Assembly: GCA_964016885.1 (NCBI GenBank)
Contig: OZ024741.1
Span: forward strand, 320,168,001-320,232,000
DNA length: 64,000 bases
From: Eledone cirrhosa
Taxonomy: Eukaryota
Direction: 5' to 3'
A program made the translations under genes and the position numbers. Positions 1 through 15,660 of the stretch are shown piece after piece (positions within the stretch are counted from its first letter, which is position 1; every line of letters begins with the position of its first letter). The notes beneath the pieces are model-generated. The model was not told the DNA's origin. It saw only the letters and a list, made by a program, of their open reading frames with translations, and did no database searches.

Positions 1-3000
1 CCCAGCACTACAACACAACACCTAGCCCCAGCCCTACCACCAACACCTAGCCCCAGCACTACCACCAACACCTATCCCCAGTACTACAACCAACACCTAG
101 CCCCAGCACTACCACCAACACCTAGCCCCAGCACTACCACCAACACCTAGCCCCAGCACTACCACCAACACCTAGCCCCAGCACTACCACCAACACCTAG
201 CCCCACCACTACCACCAACACCTAGCCCCAGTACTACCACCAACACCTAGCCCCAGCACTACCACCAACACCTAGCCCCAGCACTACCACCAACACCTAG
301 CCCCACCACTACCACCAACACCTAGCCCCAGCACTACCACACAACACCTAGCCCCAGCACTACCACCAACACCTAGCCCCAGCACTACCACCAACACCTA
401 GCCCCAGCACTACCACCAACACCTAGCCCCGGCACTACCACCAACACCTAGCCCCAGTACTACCACCAACACCTAGCCCCAGCACTACCACCAACACCTA
501 GCCCCAACACTACCACCAACACCTAGCCCCAGTACTACCACCAACACCTAACCCCAGTACTACCACCAACACCTAGCCCCAGCACTACCACCAACACCTA
601 GCCCCAGCACTACCACACAACACCTAGCCCCAGCACTACCACCAACACCTAGCCCCAACACTACCACCAACACCTAGCCCCAGTACTACCACACAACACC
701 TAGCCCCAGCACTGCAACACAACATTTAGCCCCAGCACTACCACCAACACCTAGCCCCAGCACTACCACACAACACCTAGCCCCAGCACTACCACCAACA
801 CCAAACCCCAGCACTACCACACAACACCTAGCCCCAGCACTACCACCAACACCAAACCCCAGCACTACCACCAACACCTAGCCCCAGCACTACCACCAAC
901 ACCTAGCCCCAGCACTACCACCAACACCTAGCCCCAGCACTACCACACAACACCTAGCCCCAGCACTACCACACAACACCTAGCCCCAGCACTACCACCA
1001 ACACCTAGCCCCAGCACTACCACACAACACCTAGACCCAGCACTACCACGCAACACCTAGCCCCAGCACTACCACACAACACTTAACCCCAGCACTACCA
1101 CCAACACCTAGCCCCAGCACTACCACACAACACCTAGCCCCAGCACTACCACACAACACCTAGCCCCAGCACTACCACACAACACCTAGCCCCAGCACTA
1201 CCACACAACACCTAGCCCCAGCACTACCACCAACACCTAGCCCCAGCACTACCACACAACACCTAGCCCCAGCACTACCACACAACACCTAGCCCCAGCA
1301 CTACCACCAACACCTAGCCCCAGCACTACCACACAACACCTAGACCCAGCACTACCACACAACACCTAGCCCCAGCACTACCACACAACACTTAACCCCA
1401 GCACTACCACCAACACCTAGCCCCAGCACTACCACCAACACCTAGCCCCAGCACTACCACCAACACCTAGCCCCAGTACTACCACCAACACCTAGCCCCA
1501 GCACTACCACACAACACCTAGCCCCAGCACTACCACCAACACCTAGCCCCAGCACTACCACACAACACCTAGCCCCAGCACTACCACCAACACCTAGCCC
1601 CAGCACTACCACCAACACCTAGCCCCAGTACTACCACCAACACCTAGCCCCAGTACTACCACCAACACCTAGCCCCAGCACTACAAACAACACCTAGCCC
1701 CAGCACTACCACCAACACCTTGCCCCAGTACTACAACCAACACCTAGCCCAGCACTACAACCAACACCTAGCCCCAGCACTACCACCAACACCTAGCCCC
1801 AGTACTACAACCAACACCTAGCCCAGTACTACCACCAACACCTAGCCCCAGTACTACCACCAACACCTAGCCCCAGCACTAGCACACAACACCTAGCCCC
1901 AGCACTACCACCAACACCTAGCCCCAGCACTACCACCAACACCTAGCCCCAGCACTACCACACAACACCTAGCCCCAGCACTACCACCAACACCTAGCCC
2001 CAGCACTACCACCAACACCTAGCCCACTACTACCTCACAACACCTAGCCCCAGCACTACCACACAACACCTAGCCCCAGCACTACCACCAACACCTAGCC
2101 CAGTACTACCACCAACGCCTAGCCCCAGCACTACCACCAACACCTAGCCCCAGCACTACCACACAACACCTAGCCCAAGCACTACCACACAACACCTAGC
2201 CCCAGCACTACCACCAACACCTAGCCCCAGCACTACCACCAACACCTAGCCCCAGCACTACCACCAACACCTAGCCCCAGCACTACCACCAACACCTAGC
2301 CCCAGCACTACCACCAACACCTAGCCCCAGCACTACAACACAACACCTAGCCCCAGTACTACCACCAACACCTAGCCCCAGCACTACCACACAACACCTA
2401 GCCCCAGCACTACCACCAACACCTAGCCCAGTACTACCACCAACACCTAGCCCCAGCACTACCACCAACACCTAGCCCCAGCACTACCACACAACACCTA
2501 GCCCCAGCACTACCACCAACACCTAACCCCAGCACTAGCACACAACACCTAGCCCCAGCACTACCACACAACACCTAGCCCCAGCACTACCACACAACAC
2601 CTAGCCCCAGCACTACCACCAACACCTAGCCCCAGCACTACCACCAACACCTAGCCCCAGCACTACCACCAACACCTAGCCCCAGCACTACCACCAACAC
2701 CTAGCCCCAGTACTACCACCAACACCTAGCCCCAGCACTACCACCAACACCTAGCCCCAGCACTAGCACACAACACCTAGCCCCAGCACTACCACCAACA
2801 CCGAGCCCCAGCACTACCACACAACACCTAGTCCCAGTACTACCACCAACACCTAGCCCCAGCACTACCAACAACAACTAGCCCCAGCACGACCATCAAC
2901 ACCGAGCCCCAGCACTACCACACAACACCTAGCCCCAGTACTACCCCCAACACCGAGCCCCAGCACTACCACACAACACCTAGCCCCAGTACTACCTCCA

Positions 3001-6000
3001 ACACCTAGCCCCAGCACTACCACCAACACCTAACCCCAGCACTACCACCAACACCTAGCCCCAGCACTACCACACAACACCTAGCCCCAGTACTACCACC
3101 AACACCTAGCCCCAGCACTACCACACAACACCTAGCCCCAGCACTACCACCAACACCTAGCCCAAGCACTACCACACAACACCTAGCCCCAGCACTACCA
3201 CCAACACCTAGCCCCAGCACTACCACACAACACCTAGCCCCAGCACTACAACACAACACCTAGCCCCAGCACTACCACCAACACCTAGCCCCAGCACTAC
3301 CACACAACACCTAGCCCCAGCACTACCACACAACACCTAGCCCCAGCACTACAACACAACACCTAGCCCCAGCACTACAACACAACACTTAGCCCCAGCA
3401 CTACCACCAACACCTAGCCCCAAAACTACCACACAACACCTAGCCCCAGTACTACCCCCAACACCTAGCCCCAGCACTACCACCAATACCTAGCCCCAGT
3501 ACTACCACCAACACCTAGCCCCAGCACTACCACACAACACCTAGCCCCAGTACTACCACCAACACCTAGCCCCAGCACTACCACCAACACCTAGCCCCAA
3601 CACTACCACACAACACCTAGCCCCAGCACTGCAACACAACATTTAGCCCCAGCACTACCACCAACACCTAGCCCCAGCACTACCACACAACACCTAGCCC
3701 CAGCACTACCACCAACACCAAACCCCAGCACTACCACACAACACCTAGCCCCAGCACTACCACCAACACCAAACCCCAGCACTACCACCAACACCTAGCC
3801 CCAGCACTACCACCAACACCTAGCCCCAGCACTACCACCAACACCTAGCCCCAGCACTACCACACAACACCTAGCCCCAGCACTACCACACAACACCTAG
3901 CCCCAGCACTACCACCAACACCTAGCCCCAGCACTACCACACAACACCTAGACCCAGCACTACCACGCAACACCTAGCCCCAGCACTACCACACAACACT
4001 TAACCCCAGCACTACCACCAACACCTAGCCCCAGCACTACCACACAACACCTAGCCCCAGCACTACCACACAACACCTAGCCCCAGCACTACCACACAAC
4101 ACCTAGCCCCAGCACTACCACACAACACCTAGCCCCAGCACTACCACCAACACCTAGCCCCAGCACTACCACACAACACCTAGCCCCAGCACTACCACAC
4201 AACACCTAGCCCCAGCACTACCACCAACACCTAGCCCCAGCACTACCACACAACACCTAGACCCAGCACTACCACACAACACCTAGCCCCAGCACTACCA
4301 CACAACACTTAACCCCAGCACTACCACCAACACCTAGCCCCAGCACTACCACCAACACCTAGCCCCAGCACTACCACCAACACCTAGCCCCAGTACTACC
4401 ACCAACACCTAGCCCCAGCACTACCACACAACACCTAGCCCCAGCACTACCACCAACACCTAGCCCCAGCACTACCACACAACACCTAGCCCCAGCACTA
4501 CCACCAACACCTAGCCCCAGCACTACCACCAACACCTAGCCCCAGTACTACCACCAACACCTAGCCCCAGTACTACCACCAACACCTAGCCCCAGCACTA
4601 CAAACAACACCTAGCCCCAGCACTACCACCAACACCTTGCCCCAGTACTACAACCAACACCTAGCCCAGCACTACAACCAACACCTAGCCCCAGCACTAC
4701 CACCAACACCTAGCCCCAGTACTACAACCAACACCTAGCCCAGTACTACCACCAACACCTAGCCCCAGTACTACCACCAACACCTAGCCCCAGCACTAGC
4801 ACACAACACCTAGCCCCAGCACTACCACCAACACCTAGCCCCAGCACTACCACCAACACCTAGCCCCAGCACTACCACACAACACCTAGCCCCAGCACTA
4901 CCACCAACACCTAGCCCCAGCACTACCACCAACACCTAGCCCACTACTACCACACAACACCTAGCCCCAGCACTACCACACAACACCTAGCCCCAGCACT
5001 ACCACCAACACCTAGCCCAGTACTACCACCAACGCCTAGCCCCAGCACTACCACCAACACCTAGCCCCAGCACTACCACACAACACCTAGCCCAAGCACT
5101 ACCACACAACACCTAGCCCCAGCACTACCACCAACACCTAGCCCCAGCACTACCACCAACACCTAGCCCCAGCACTACCACCAACACCTAGCCCCAGCAC
5201 TACCACCAACACCTAGCCCCAGCACTACCACCAACACCTAGCCCCAGCACTACAACACAACACCTAGCCCCAGTACTACCACCAACACCTAGCCCCAGCA
5301 CTACCACACAACACCTAGCCCCAGCACTACCACCAACACCTAGCCCAGTACTACCACCAACACCTAGCCCCAGCACTACCACCAACACCTAGCCCCAGCA
5401 CTACCACACAACACCTAGCCCCAGCACTACCACCAACACCTAGCCCCAGCACTACCACACAACACCTAGCCCCAGCACTACCACCAACACCTAGCCCCAG
5501 CACTACCACCAACACCTAGCCCACTACTACCACACAACACCTAGCCCCAGCACTACCACACAACACCTAGCCCCAGCACTACCACCAACACCTAGCCCCA
5601 GCACTACCACCAACACCTAGCCCCAACACTACCACACAACACCTAGCCCCAGCACTACCACCAACACCTAGCCCCACCACTACCACCAACACCTAGCCCC
5701 AGCACTACCACACAACACCTAGCCCCAGCACTACCACCAACACCTAGCCCCACCACTACCACCAACACCTAGCCCCAGCACTACCACACAACACCTAGCC
5801 CCAGCACTACCACCAACACCTAGCCCCAGCACTACCACACAACACCTAGCCCCAGCACTACCACCAACACCTAGCCCCAGCACTACCACCAACACCTAGC
5901 CCCGGCACTACCACCAACACCTAGCCCCAGCACTACCACCAACACCTAGCCCCAGCACTACCACCAACACCTAGCCCCAGCACTACCACCAACACCTAGC

Positions 6001-9000
6001 CCCAGCACTACCACCAACACCTAGCCCCGGCACTACCACCAACACCTAGCCCCACCACTACCACCAACACCTAGCCCCAGCACTACCACACAACACCTAG
6101 CCCCAGCACTACCACCAACACCTAGCCCCAGCACTACCACCAACACCTAGCCCCTACACTACCACCAACACCTAGCCCCACCACTACCACCAACACCTAG
6201 CCCCAGCACTACCACACAACACCTAGCCCCAGCACTACCACCAACACCTAGCCCCAGCACTACCACCAACACCTAGCCCCAACTCTACCACCAACACCTA
6301 GCCCCAGCACTACCACCAACACCTAGCCCCAGCACTACCACCAACACCTAGCCCCAGTACTACTACCAATACCTAGCCCCAGCACTACCACCAACACCTA
6401 GCCCCAGCACTACCACCAACACCTAGACCCAGCACTAGCACACAACACCTACCCCAGCACTACCGCCAACACCTAGCCCAGCACTATCCCAACACCTAGC
6501 CCCAGCACTACCACCAACACCTAGCCCCAGCACTAGCACACAACACCTACCCCAGCAATACCACCAACACCTAGCCCCAGCTCTACCACACAACACCTAG
6601 CCCCAGCACTACCACACAACACCTAGCCCCAGCACTACCACCAACACCTAGCCCCAGCACTACCACCAACACCTAGCCCCAGCACTACCATCAACACCTA
6701 GCCCCAGCACTACCACCCAACACCTAGCCCCAGCACTACCACCAACACCTAGCCCCAGCACTACCACACAACACCTAGCCCCAGCACTACAACACAACAT
6801 TTAGCCCAAGCACTACCACCAACACCTAGCCCCAGTACTACCACCAACACCTAGCCCCAGCACCACCACCAACACCTAGCCCCAGCACTACCACACAACA
6901 CCTAGCCCCAGCACTACCATCAACACCTAGCCCCAGCACTACCACCAACACCTAGCCCCAGCACTACCACCAACACCTAGCCCCAGCACTACCACACAAC
7001 ACCTAGCCCCAGCACTACCATCAACACCTACCCCAGCACTACCACCCAACACCTAGCCCCAGCACTACCACACAACACCTAGCCCCAGCACTACAACACA
7101 ACACCTAGCCCCAGCACTACCACCAACACCTAGCCCCAGTACTACCACCAACACCTAGCCCCAGCACTACCTCCAACACCTAGCCCCAGCACTACCATCA
7201 ACACCTAGCCCCAGCACTACCACAAACACCTAGCCCCAGCACTACCACACAACACCTAGCCCCAGTACTACCACCAACACCTAGCCCCAGCACTACCACC
7301 AACACCTAGACCCAGCACTAGCACACAACACCTACCCCAGCACTACCGCCAACACCTAGCCCCAGCACTACCCCAACACCTAGCCCCAGCACTACCACCA
7401 ACACCTAGCCCCAGCACTACCACACAACACCTAGCCCCAGCACTACCACCAACACCTAGCCCCAGCACTAGCACACAACACCTACCCCAGCACTACCACC
7501 AACACCTAGCCCCAGCTCTACCACACAACACCTAGCCCCAGCACTACCACACAACACCTAGCCCCAGCACTACCACCAACACCTAGCCCCAGTACTACCA
7601 CCAACACCTAGCCCCAGTACTACCACCAACACCTAGCCCCAGCACTACCACCAACACCTAGCCCCAGCACTACAACACAACACCTAGCCCCAGCCCTACC
7701 ACCAACACCTAGCCCCAGCACTACCACCAACACCTATCCCCAGTACTACAACCAACACCTAGCCCCAGCACTACCACCAACACCTAGCCCCAGCACTACC
7801 ACCAACACCTAGCCCCAGCACTACCACCAACACCTAGCCCCAGCACTACCACCAACACCTAGCCCCACCACTACCACCAACACCTAGCCCCAGTACTACC
7901 ACCAACACCTAGCCCCAGCACTACCACCAACACCTAGCCCCAGCACTACCACCAACACCTAGCCCCACCACTACCACCAACACCTAGCCCCAGCACTACC
8001 ACACAACACCTAGCCCCAGCACTACCACCAACACCTAGCCCCAGCACTACCACCAACACCTAGCCCCAGCACTACCACCAACACCTAGCCCCGGCACTAC
8101 CACCAACACCTAGCCCCAGTACTACCACCAACACCTAGCCCCAGCACTACCACCAACACCTAGCCCCAACACTACCACCAACACCTAGCCCCAGTACTAC
8201 CACCAACACCTAACCCCAGTACTACCACCAACACCTAGCCCCAGCACTACCACCAACACCTAGCCCCAGTACTACCACCAACACCTAGCCCCAGTACTAC
8301 CACCAACACCTAGCCCCAGTACTACCACCAACATTTAGCCCCAGTCCTACCACCAACACCTAGCCCCAGCACTACCTCCAACACCTAGCCCCAGCACTAC
8401 CACCAACACCTAGCCCCAGCACTACCACACAACACCTAGCCCCAGCACTACCACGCAACACCTAGCCCCAGCACTACCACCAACACCTAGACCCAGCACT
8501 ACCACACAACACCTAGCCCCAGCACTACAACACAACACCTAGCCCCAGCACTACCACCAACACCTAGCCCCAGTACTACCACCAACACCTAGCCCCAGCA
8601 CTACCTCCAACACCTAGCCCCAGCACTACCATCAACACCTAGCCCCAGCACTACCACAAACACCTAGCCCCAGCACTACCACACAACACCTAGCCCCAGT
8701 ACTACCACCAACACCTAGCCCCAGCACTACCACCAACACCTAGACCCAGCACTAGCACACAACACCTACCCCAGCACTACCGCCAACACCTAGCCCCAGC
8801 ACTACCCCAACACCTAGCCCCAGTCCTACCACCAACACCTAGCCCCAGCACTACCTCCAACACCTAGCCCCAGCACTACCACCAACACCTAGCCCCAGCA
8901 CTACCACACAACACCTAGCCCCAGCACTACCACGCAACACCTAGCCCCAGCACTACCACCAACACCTAGACCCAGCACTACCACACAACACCTAGCCCCA

Positions 9001-12000
9001 GCACTACAACACAACACCTAGCCCCAGCACTACCACCAACACCTAGCCCCAGCACTACCACACAACACCTAGCCCCAGCACTACCACCAACACCTAGCCC
9101 CAGCACTAGCACACAACACCTACCCCAGCACTACCACCAACACCTAGCCCCAGCTCTACCACACAACACCTAGCCCCAGCACTACTACACAACACCTAGC
9201 CCCAGCACTACCACCAACACCTAGCCCCAGTACTACCACCAACACCTAGCCCCAGTACTACCACCAACACCTAGCCCCAGCACTACCACCAACACCTAGC
9301 CCCAGCACTACAACACAACACCTAGCCCCAGCCCTACCACCAACACCTAGCCCCAGCACTACCACCAACACCTATCCCCAGTACTACAACCAACACCTAG
9401 CCCCAGCACTACCACCAACACCTAGCCCCAGCACTACCACCAACACCTAGCCCCAGCACTACCACCAACACCTAGCCCCAGCACTACCACCAACACCTAG
9501 CCCCACCACTACCACCAACACCTAGCCCCAGTACTACCACCAACACCTAGCCCCAGCACTACCACCAACACCTAGCCCCAGCACTACCACCAACACCTAG
9601 CCCCACCACTACCACCAACACCTAGCCCCAGCACTACCACACAACACCTAGCCCCAGCACTACCACCAACACCTAGCCCCAGCACTACCACCAACACCTA
9701 GCCCCAGCACTACCACCAACACCTAGCCCCGGCACTACCACCAACACCTAGCCCCAGTACTACCACCAACACCTAGCCCCAGCACTACCACCAACACCTA
9801 GCCCCAACACTACCACCAACACCTAGCCCCAGTACTACCACCAACACCTAACCCCAGTACTACCACCAACACCTAGCCCCAGCACTACCACCAACACCTA
9901 GCCCCAGTACTACCACCAACACCTAGCCCCAGTACTACCACCAACACCTAGCCCCAGTACTACCACCAACATTTAGCCCCAGTCCTACCACCAACACCTA
10001 GCCCCAGCACTACCTCCAACACCTAGCCCCAGCACTACCACCAACACCTAGCCCCAGCACTACCACACAACACCTAGCCCCAGCACTACCACGCAACACC
10101 TAGCCCCAGCACTACCACCAACACCTAGACCCAGCACTACCACACAACACCTAGCCCCAGCACTACAACACAACACCTAGCCCCAGCACTACCACCAACA
10201 CCTAGCCCCAGCACTACCACACAACACCGAGCCCCAGCACTACCACCAACACCTAGCCCAGCACTACCACCAACACCTAGCCCCAGTACTACCACCAACA
10301 CCTAGCCCCAGCACTACCACACAACACCGAGCCCCACCACTACCACCAACACCTAGACCCAGCACTACCACCAACACCTAGCCCCAGTACTACCACACAA
10401 CACCTAGCACCAACACTACCACCAACACCTAGCACCAGCACTACCACCAACACCTAGCCCCAGCACTACCACCAACACCTAGCCCAGCACTACCACACAA
10501 CACCTAGCCCCAGCACTACCACCAACACCTAGCCCCAGCACTACCACCAACACCTAGCCCCAGCACTACCACCAACACCTAGCCCAGCACTACCACACAA
10601 CACCGAGCCCCAGCACTACCACCAACACCTAGCCCCAGCACTACCACCAACACCTAGCCCCAGCACTACCACCAACACCTAGCCCCAGCACTACCACCAA
10701 CACCTAGCCCCAGCACTACCACACAACACCGAGCCCCAGCACTACCACCAACACCTAGCCCAGCACTACCACACAACACCGAGCCCCAGCACTACCACCA
10801 ACACCTAGCCCCAGCACTACCACCAACACCTAGCCCCAGCACTACCACCAACACCTAGCCCCTACACTACCACCAACACCTAGCTCCAGCACTACCACCA
10901 ACACCTAGCCCCAGCACTACCACACAACAACTAGCCCCAGCACTACCACACAACAACTAGCCCCAGCACTACCACCAACACCTAGCCCCAGCACTACCAC
11001 ACAACACCTAGCCCCAGCACTACCACCAACACCTAGCCCCAGTACTACCACCAACACCTAGCCCCTACACTACCACCAACACCTAGCCCCAGCACTACCC
11101 CAACACCTAGCCCCAGCACTACCGCCAACACCTAGCCCCAGCACTACCACACAACACCGAGCCCCAGCACTACCACCAACACCTAGCCCAGCACTACCAC
11201 CAACACCTAGCCCCAGCACTACCACACAACACCTAGCCCCAGCACTACCACCAACACCTAGCCCCAGCACTACCACCAACACCTAGCCCCAGTACTACCA
11301 CCAACACTTAGCCCCAGCACTACCACCAACACCTAGCCCCAGCACTACCACACAACACCTAGCCCCAGCACTACCACACAACACCTAGCCCCAGCACTAC
11401 CACCAACACCTAGCCCCAGCACTAGCACACAACACCTAGCCCCAGCACTACCACCAACACCTAGCCCCAGCACTACCACACAACACCTAGCCCCAGCACT
11501 ACCACACAACACCTAGCCCCAGCACTACCACACAACACCTAGCCCCAGCACTACCACCAACACCTAGCCCCAGCACTACCACACAACACCTAGCCCCAGC
11601 ACTACCACCCAACACCTAGCCCCAGCACTACCACACAACACCTAGCCCCAGCACTACCACACAACACCTAGCCCCAGCACTACAACACAACACCTAGCCC
11701 CAGCACTACCACCAACACCTAGCCGCAGCACTACAACACAACACCTAGCCCCAGCACTACCACCAACACCTAGCCCCAGCACTACCACACAACACCTAGC
11801 CCCAGCACTACCACCAACACCTAGCCCCAGCACTACCACACAACACCTAGCCCCAGCACTACCACCCAACACCTAGCCCCAGCACTACCACACAACACCT
11901 AGCCCCAGCACTACCACGCAACACCTAGCCCCAGCACTACAACACAACACCTAGCCCCAGCACTACCACCAACACCTAGCCCCAGCACTACCACACAACA

Positions 12001-15000
12001 CCTAGCCCCAGCACTACCACACAACACCTAGCCCCAGCACTACCACCCAACACCTAGCCCCAGCACTACCACACAACACCTAGCCCCAGCACTACCACAC
12101 AACACCTAGCCCCAGCACTACAACACAACACCTAGCCCCAGCACTACCACCAACACCTAGCCCCAGCACTACAACACAACACCTAGCCCCAGCACTACCA
12201 CCAACACCTAGCCCCAGCACTACAACACAACACCTAGCCCCAGCACTACCACCCAACACCTAGCCCCAGCACTACCACACAACACCTAGCCCCAGCACTA
12301 CCACACAACACCTAGCACCAGCACTACAACACAACACCTAGCCCCAGCACTACCACCAACACCTAGCCCCAGCACTACAACACAACACCTAGCCCCAGCA
12401 CTACAACACAACACCTAGCCCCAGCACTACCACCAACACCTAGCCCCAGCACTACCACACAACACCTAGCCCCAGCACTACCATCAACACCTAGCCCCAG
12501 CACTACCACCACCACCTAGCCCCAGCACTACAACACAACACCTAGCCCCAGCACTACCACCAACACCTAGCCCCAGCACTACCACCAACACCTAGCCCCA
12601 GCACTACCACCAACACCTAGCCCCAGCACTACCACACAACACCTAGCCCCAGCACTACCACCAACACCTAGCCCCAGCACTTCCACCAACACCTAGCCCC
12701 AGCACTACCACCAACACCTAGCCCCAGCACTACCACCAACACCTAGCCCCAGCACTACCACACAACACCTAGCCCCAGTACTACAACCAACACCTAGCCC
12801 CAGCACTACCACACAACACCTAGCCCCAGCACTACCACCAACACCTAGCCCCAGCACTACCACACAACACCTAGCCCCAGTACTACAACCAACACCTAGC
12901 CCCAGTACTACAACCAACACCTAGCCCCAGCACTACCACACAACACCTAGCCCCAGCACTACCACCAACACCTAGCCCCAGCACTACCACCAACACCTAG
13001 CCCCAGCACTACCACACAACACCTAGCCCCAGCACTACCACCAACACCTAGCCCCAGCACTACCACCAACACCTAGCCCCAGCACTACCACACAACACCT
13101 AGCCCCAGCACTACAACACAACACCTAGCCCCAGCACTACCACCAACACCTAGCCCCAGCACTACCACCAACACCTAGCCCCAGCACTACCACCAACACC
13201 TAGCCCCAGCACTACCACACAACACCTAGCCCCAGCACTACCACCAACACCTAGCCCCAGCACTACCACACAACACCTAGCCCCAGCACTACCACCAACA
13301 CCTAGCCCCAGCACTACCACCAACACCTAGCCCCAGTACTACCACCAACACCTAGCCCCAGCACTACCACCAACACCTAGCCCCAGCACTACCACCAACA
13401 CCTAGCCCCAGCACTACCACCAACACCTAGCCCCAGCACTACCACACAACACCTAGCCCCAGCACTACCACACAACACCTAGCCCCAGCACTACCACCAA
13501 CACCTAGCCCCAGCACTACCACCAACACCTAGCCCCAGCACTACCACACAACACCTAGCCCCAGCACTACCACCAACACCTAGCCCCAGTACTACCACAC
13601 AACACCTAGCCCCAGCACTACCACCAACACCTAGCCCCAGCACTACCACCAACACCTAGCCCCAGCACTACCACACAACACCTAGCCCCAGCACTACCAC
13701 CAACACCTAGCCCCAGTACTACCACACAACACCTAGCCCCAGCACTACCACACAACACCTAGCCCCAGCACTACCACCAACACCTAGCCCCAGCACTACC
13801 ACCAACACCTAGCCCCAGCACTACCACCAACACCTAGCCCCAGCACTACCACCAACACCTAGCCCCAGCACTAGCACACAACACCTAGCCCCAGCACTAC
13901 CACCAACACCTAGCCCCAGCACTACCACACAACACCTAGCCCCAGCACTACCACCAACCCCTAGCCCCAGCACTACCACCAACACCTAGCCCCAGCACTA
14001 CCACACAACACCTAGCCCCAGCACTACCACCAACACCTAGCCCCAGTACTACCACACAACACCTAGCCCCAGCACTACCACCAACACCTAGCCCCAGCAC
14101 TACCACCAACACCTAGCCCCAGCACTACCACCAACACCTAGCCCCAGCACTACCACACAACACCTAGCCCCAGCACTACCACCAACACCTAGCCCCAGTA
14201 CTACCACACAACACCTAGCCCCAGCACTACCACCAACACCTAGCCCCAGCACTACCACCAACACCTAGCCCCAGCACTACCACCAACACCTAGCCCCAGC
14301 ACTACCACACAACACCTAGCCCCAGCACTACCACCAACACCTAGCCCCAGCACTACCACCAACACCTAGCCCCAGCACTACCACCAACACCTAGCCCCAG
14401 TACTACCACACAACACCTAGCCCCAGCACTACCACACAACACCTAGCCCCAGCACTACCACCAACACCTAGCCCCAGCACTACCACCAACACCTAGCCCC
14501 AGCACTACCACCAACACCTAGCCCCAGCACTACCACACAACACCTAGCCCCAGCACTACCACCAACACCTAGCCCCAGCACTACCACCAACACCTAGCCC
14601 CAGCACTACCACCAACACCTAGCCCCAGTACTACCACACAACACCTAGCCCCAGCACTACCACCAACACCTAGCCCCAGTACTACCACACAACACCTAGC
14701 CCCAGCACTACCACACAACACCTAGCCCCAGCACTACCACCAACACCTAGCCCCAGCACTACCACCAACACCTAGCCCCAGCACTACCACCAACACCTAG
14801 CCCCAGTACTACCACACAACACCTAGCCCCAGCACTACCACACAACACCTAGCCCCAGCACTACCACCAACACCTAGCCCCAGCACTACCACCAACACCT
14901 AGCCCCAGCACTACCACCAACACCTAGCCCCAGTACTACCACACAACACCTAGCCCCAGCACTACCACACAACACCTAGCCCCAGCACTACCACCAACAC

Positions 15001-15102
15001 CTAGCCCCAGCACTACCACCAACACCTAGCCCCAGCACTACCACCAACACCTAGCCCCAGTACTACCACACAACACCTAGCCCCAGCACTACCACCAACA
15101 CC
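1..15102. repeat. Tandem satellite of 25-bp CCCCAGCACTACCACCAACACCTAG mixed with a 26-bp variant (...ACCACACAACACCTAG)
   Basis: Unit read directly. The 17-aa period of the spurious minus-strand ORFs (51 nt = 25+26) confirms the unit sizes. The array runs off the left edge. Confidence 0.99.
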
Positions 15103-15660
15103 ATCAATAGATGTCATCAACAACATCATCATCATCATCACCTCTGACAACAAATCCTGCAATACCGTAAACAACAGCACAACCACAGCAGCAGCATCCA
15201 CTCCTCCTCTCATGCTTCTCCCCCGCCTCTTCCTACCTCCCACATCATCATCATGATAATGATCCACATCCCCTTCCCGTTCCTCTTTCTCCTTCTTCTC
15301 CACTCCTCTTTCTCCCACTCATCATCATTTTCATCTTCACCTCCACCAACAACGGCATCATCAGTAGTAGTGTTAGTGGTAGTAATCACATCAGCAAATA
15401 TATATGGTAATATATTAATGGGAATGTTTGACTGAACGTGAGACCGACCATTGACAGATGCTGATGATGTTCGTGATGATGATGATAGTATTGATGACGA
15501 TAATGATGTTGATGAGATGATAATGATGTTGATTGAGATGATGATGACAATGATGATGATAATGATGATGATGATAATGATGCGGATAATGTCAATGGTG
15601 TCGGTGATGATTGTCATGGAAGTTGCACTCGTAATTATAAACGAAGATTGGTGATGAATC
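15103..15660. repeat. Low-complexity (CAT)n/(CCT)n/(GAT)n region
   Basis: Degenerate trinucleotide runs; ORFs are poly-I/S/D/M. Confidence 0.9.

Noticed and set aside
1-15102. CRISPR array or canonical telomere
   Set aside because: No unique spacers or cas genes, and the unit is not TTAGGG.
686-15318. Gly/Val/Cys-rich minus-strand ORFs
   Set aside because: Translations of the 25/26-bp satellite; the unit is not a multiple of 3 and frames shift constantly.
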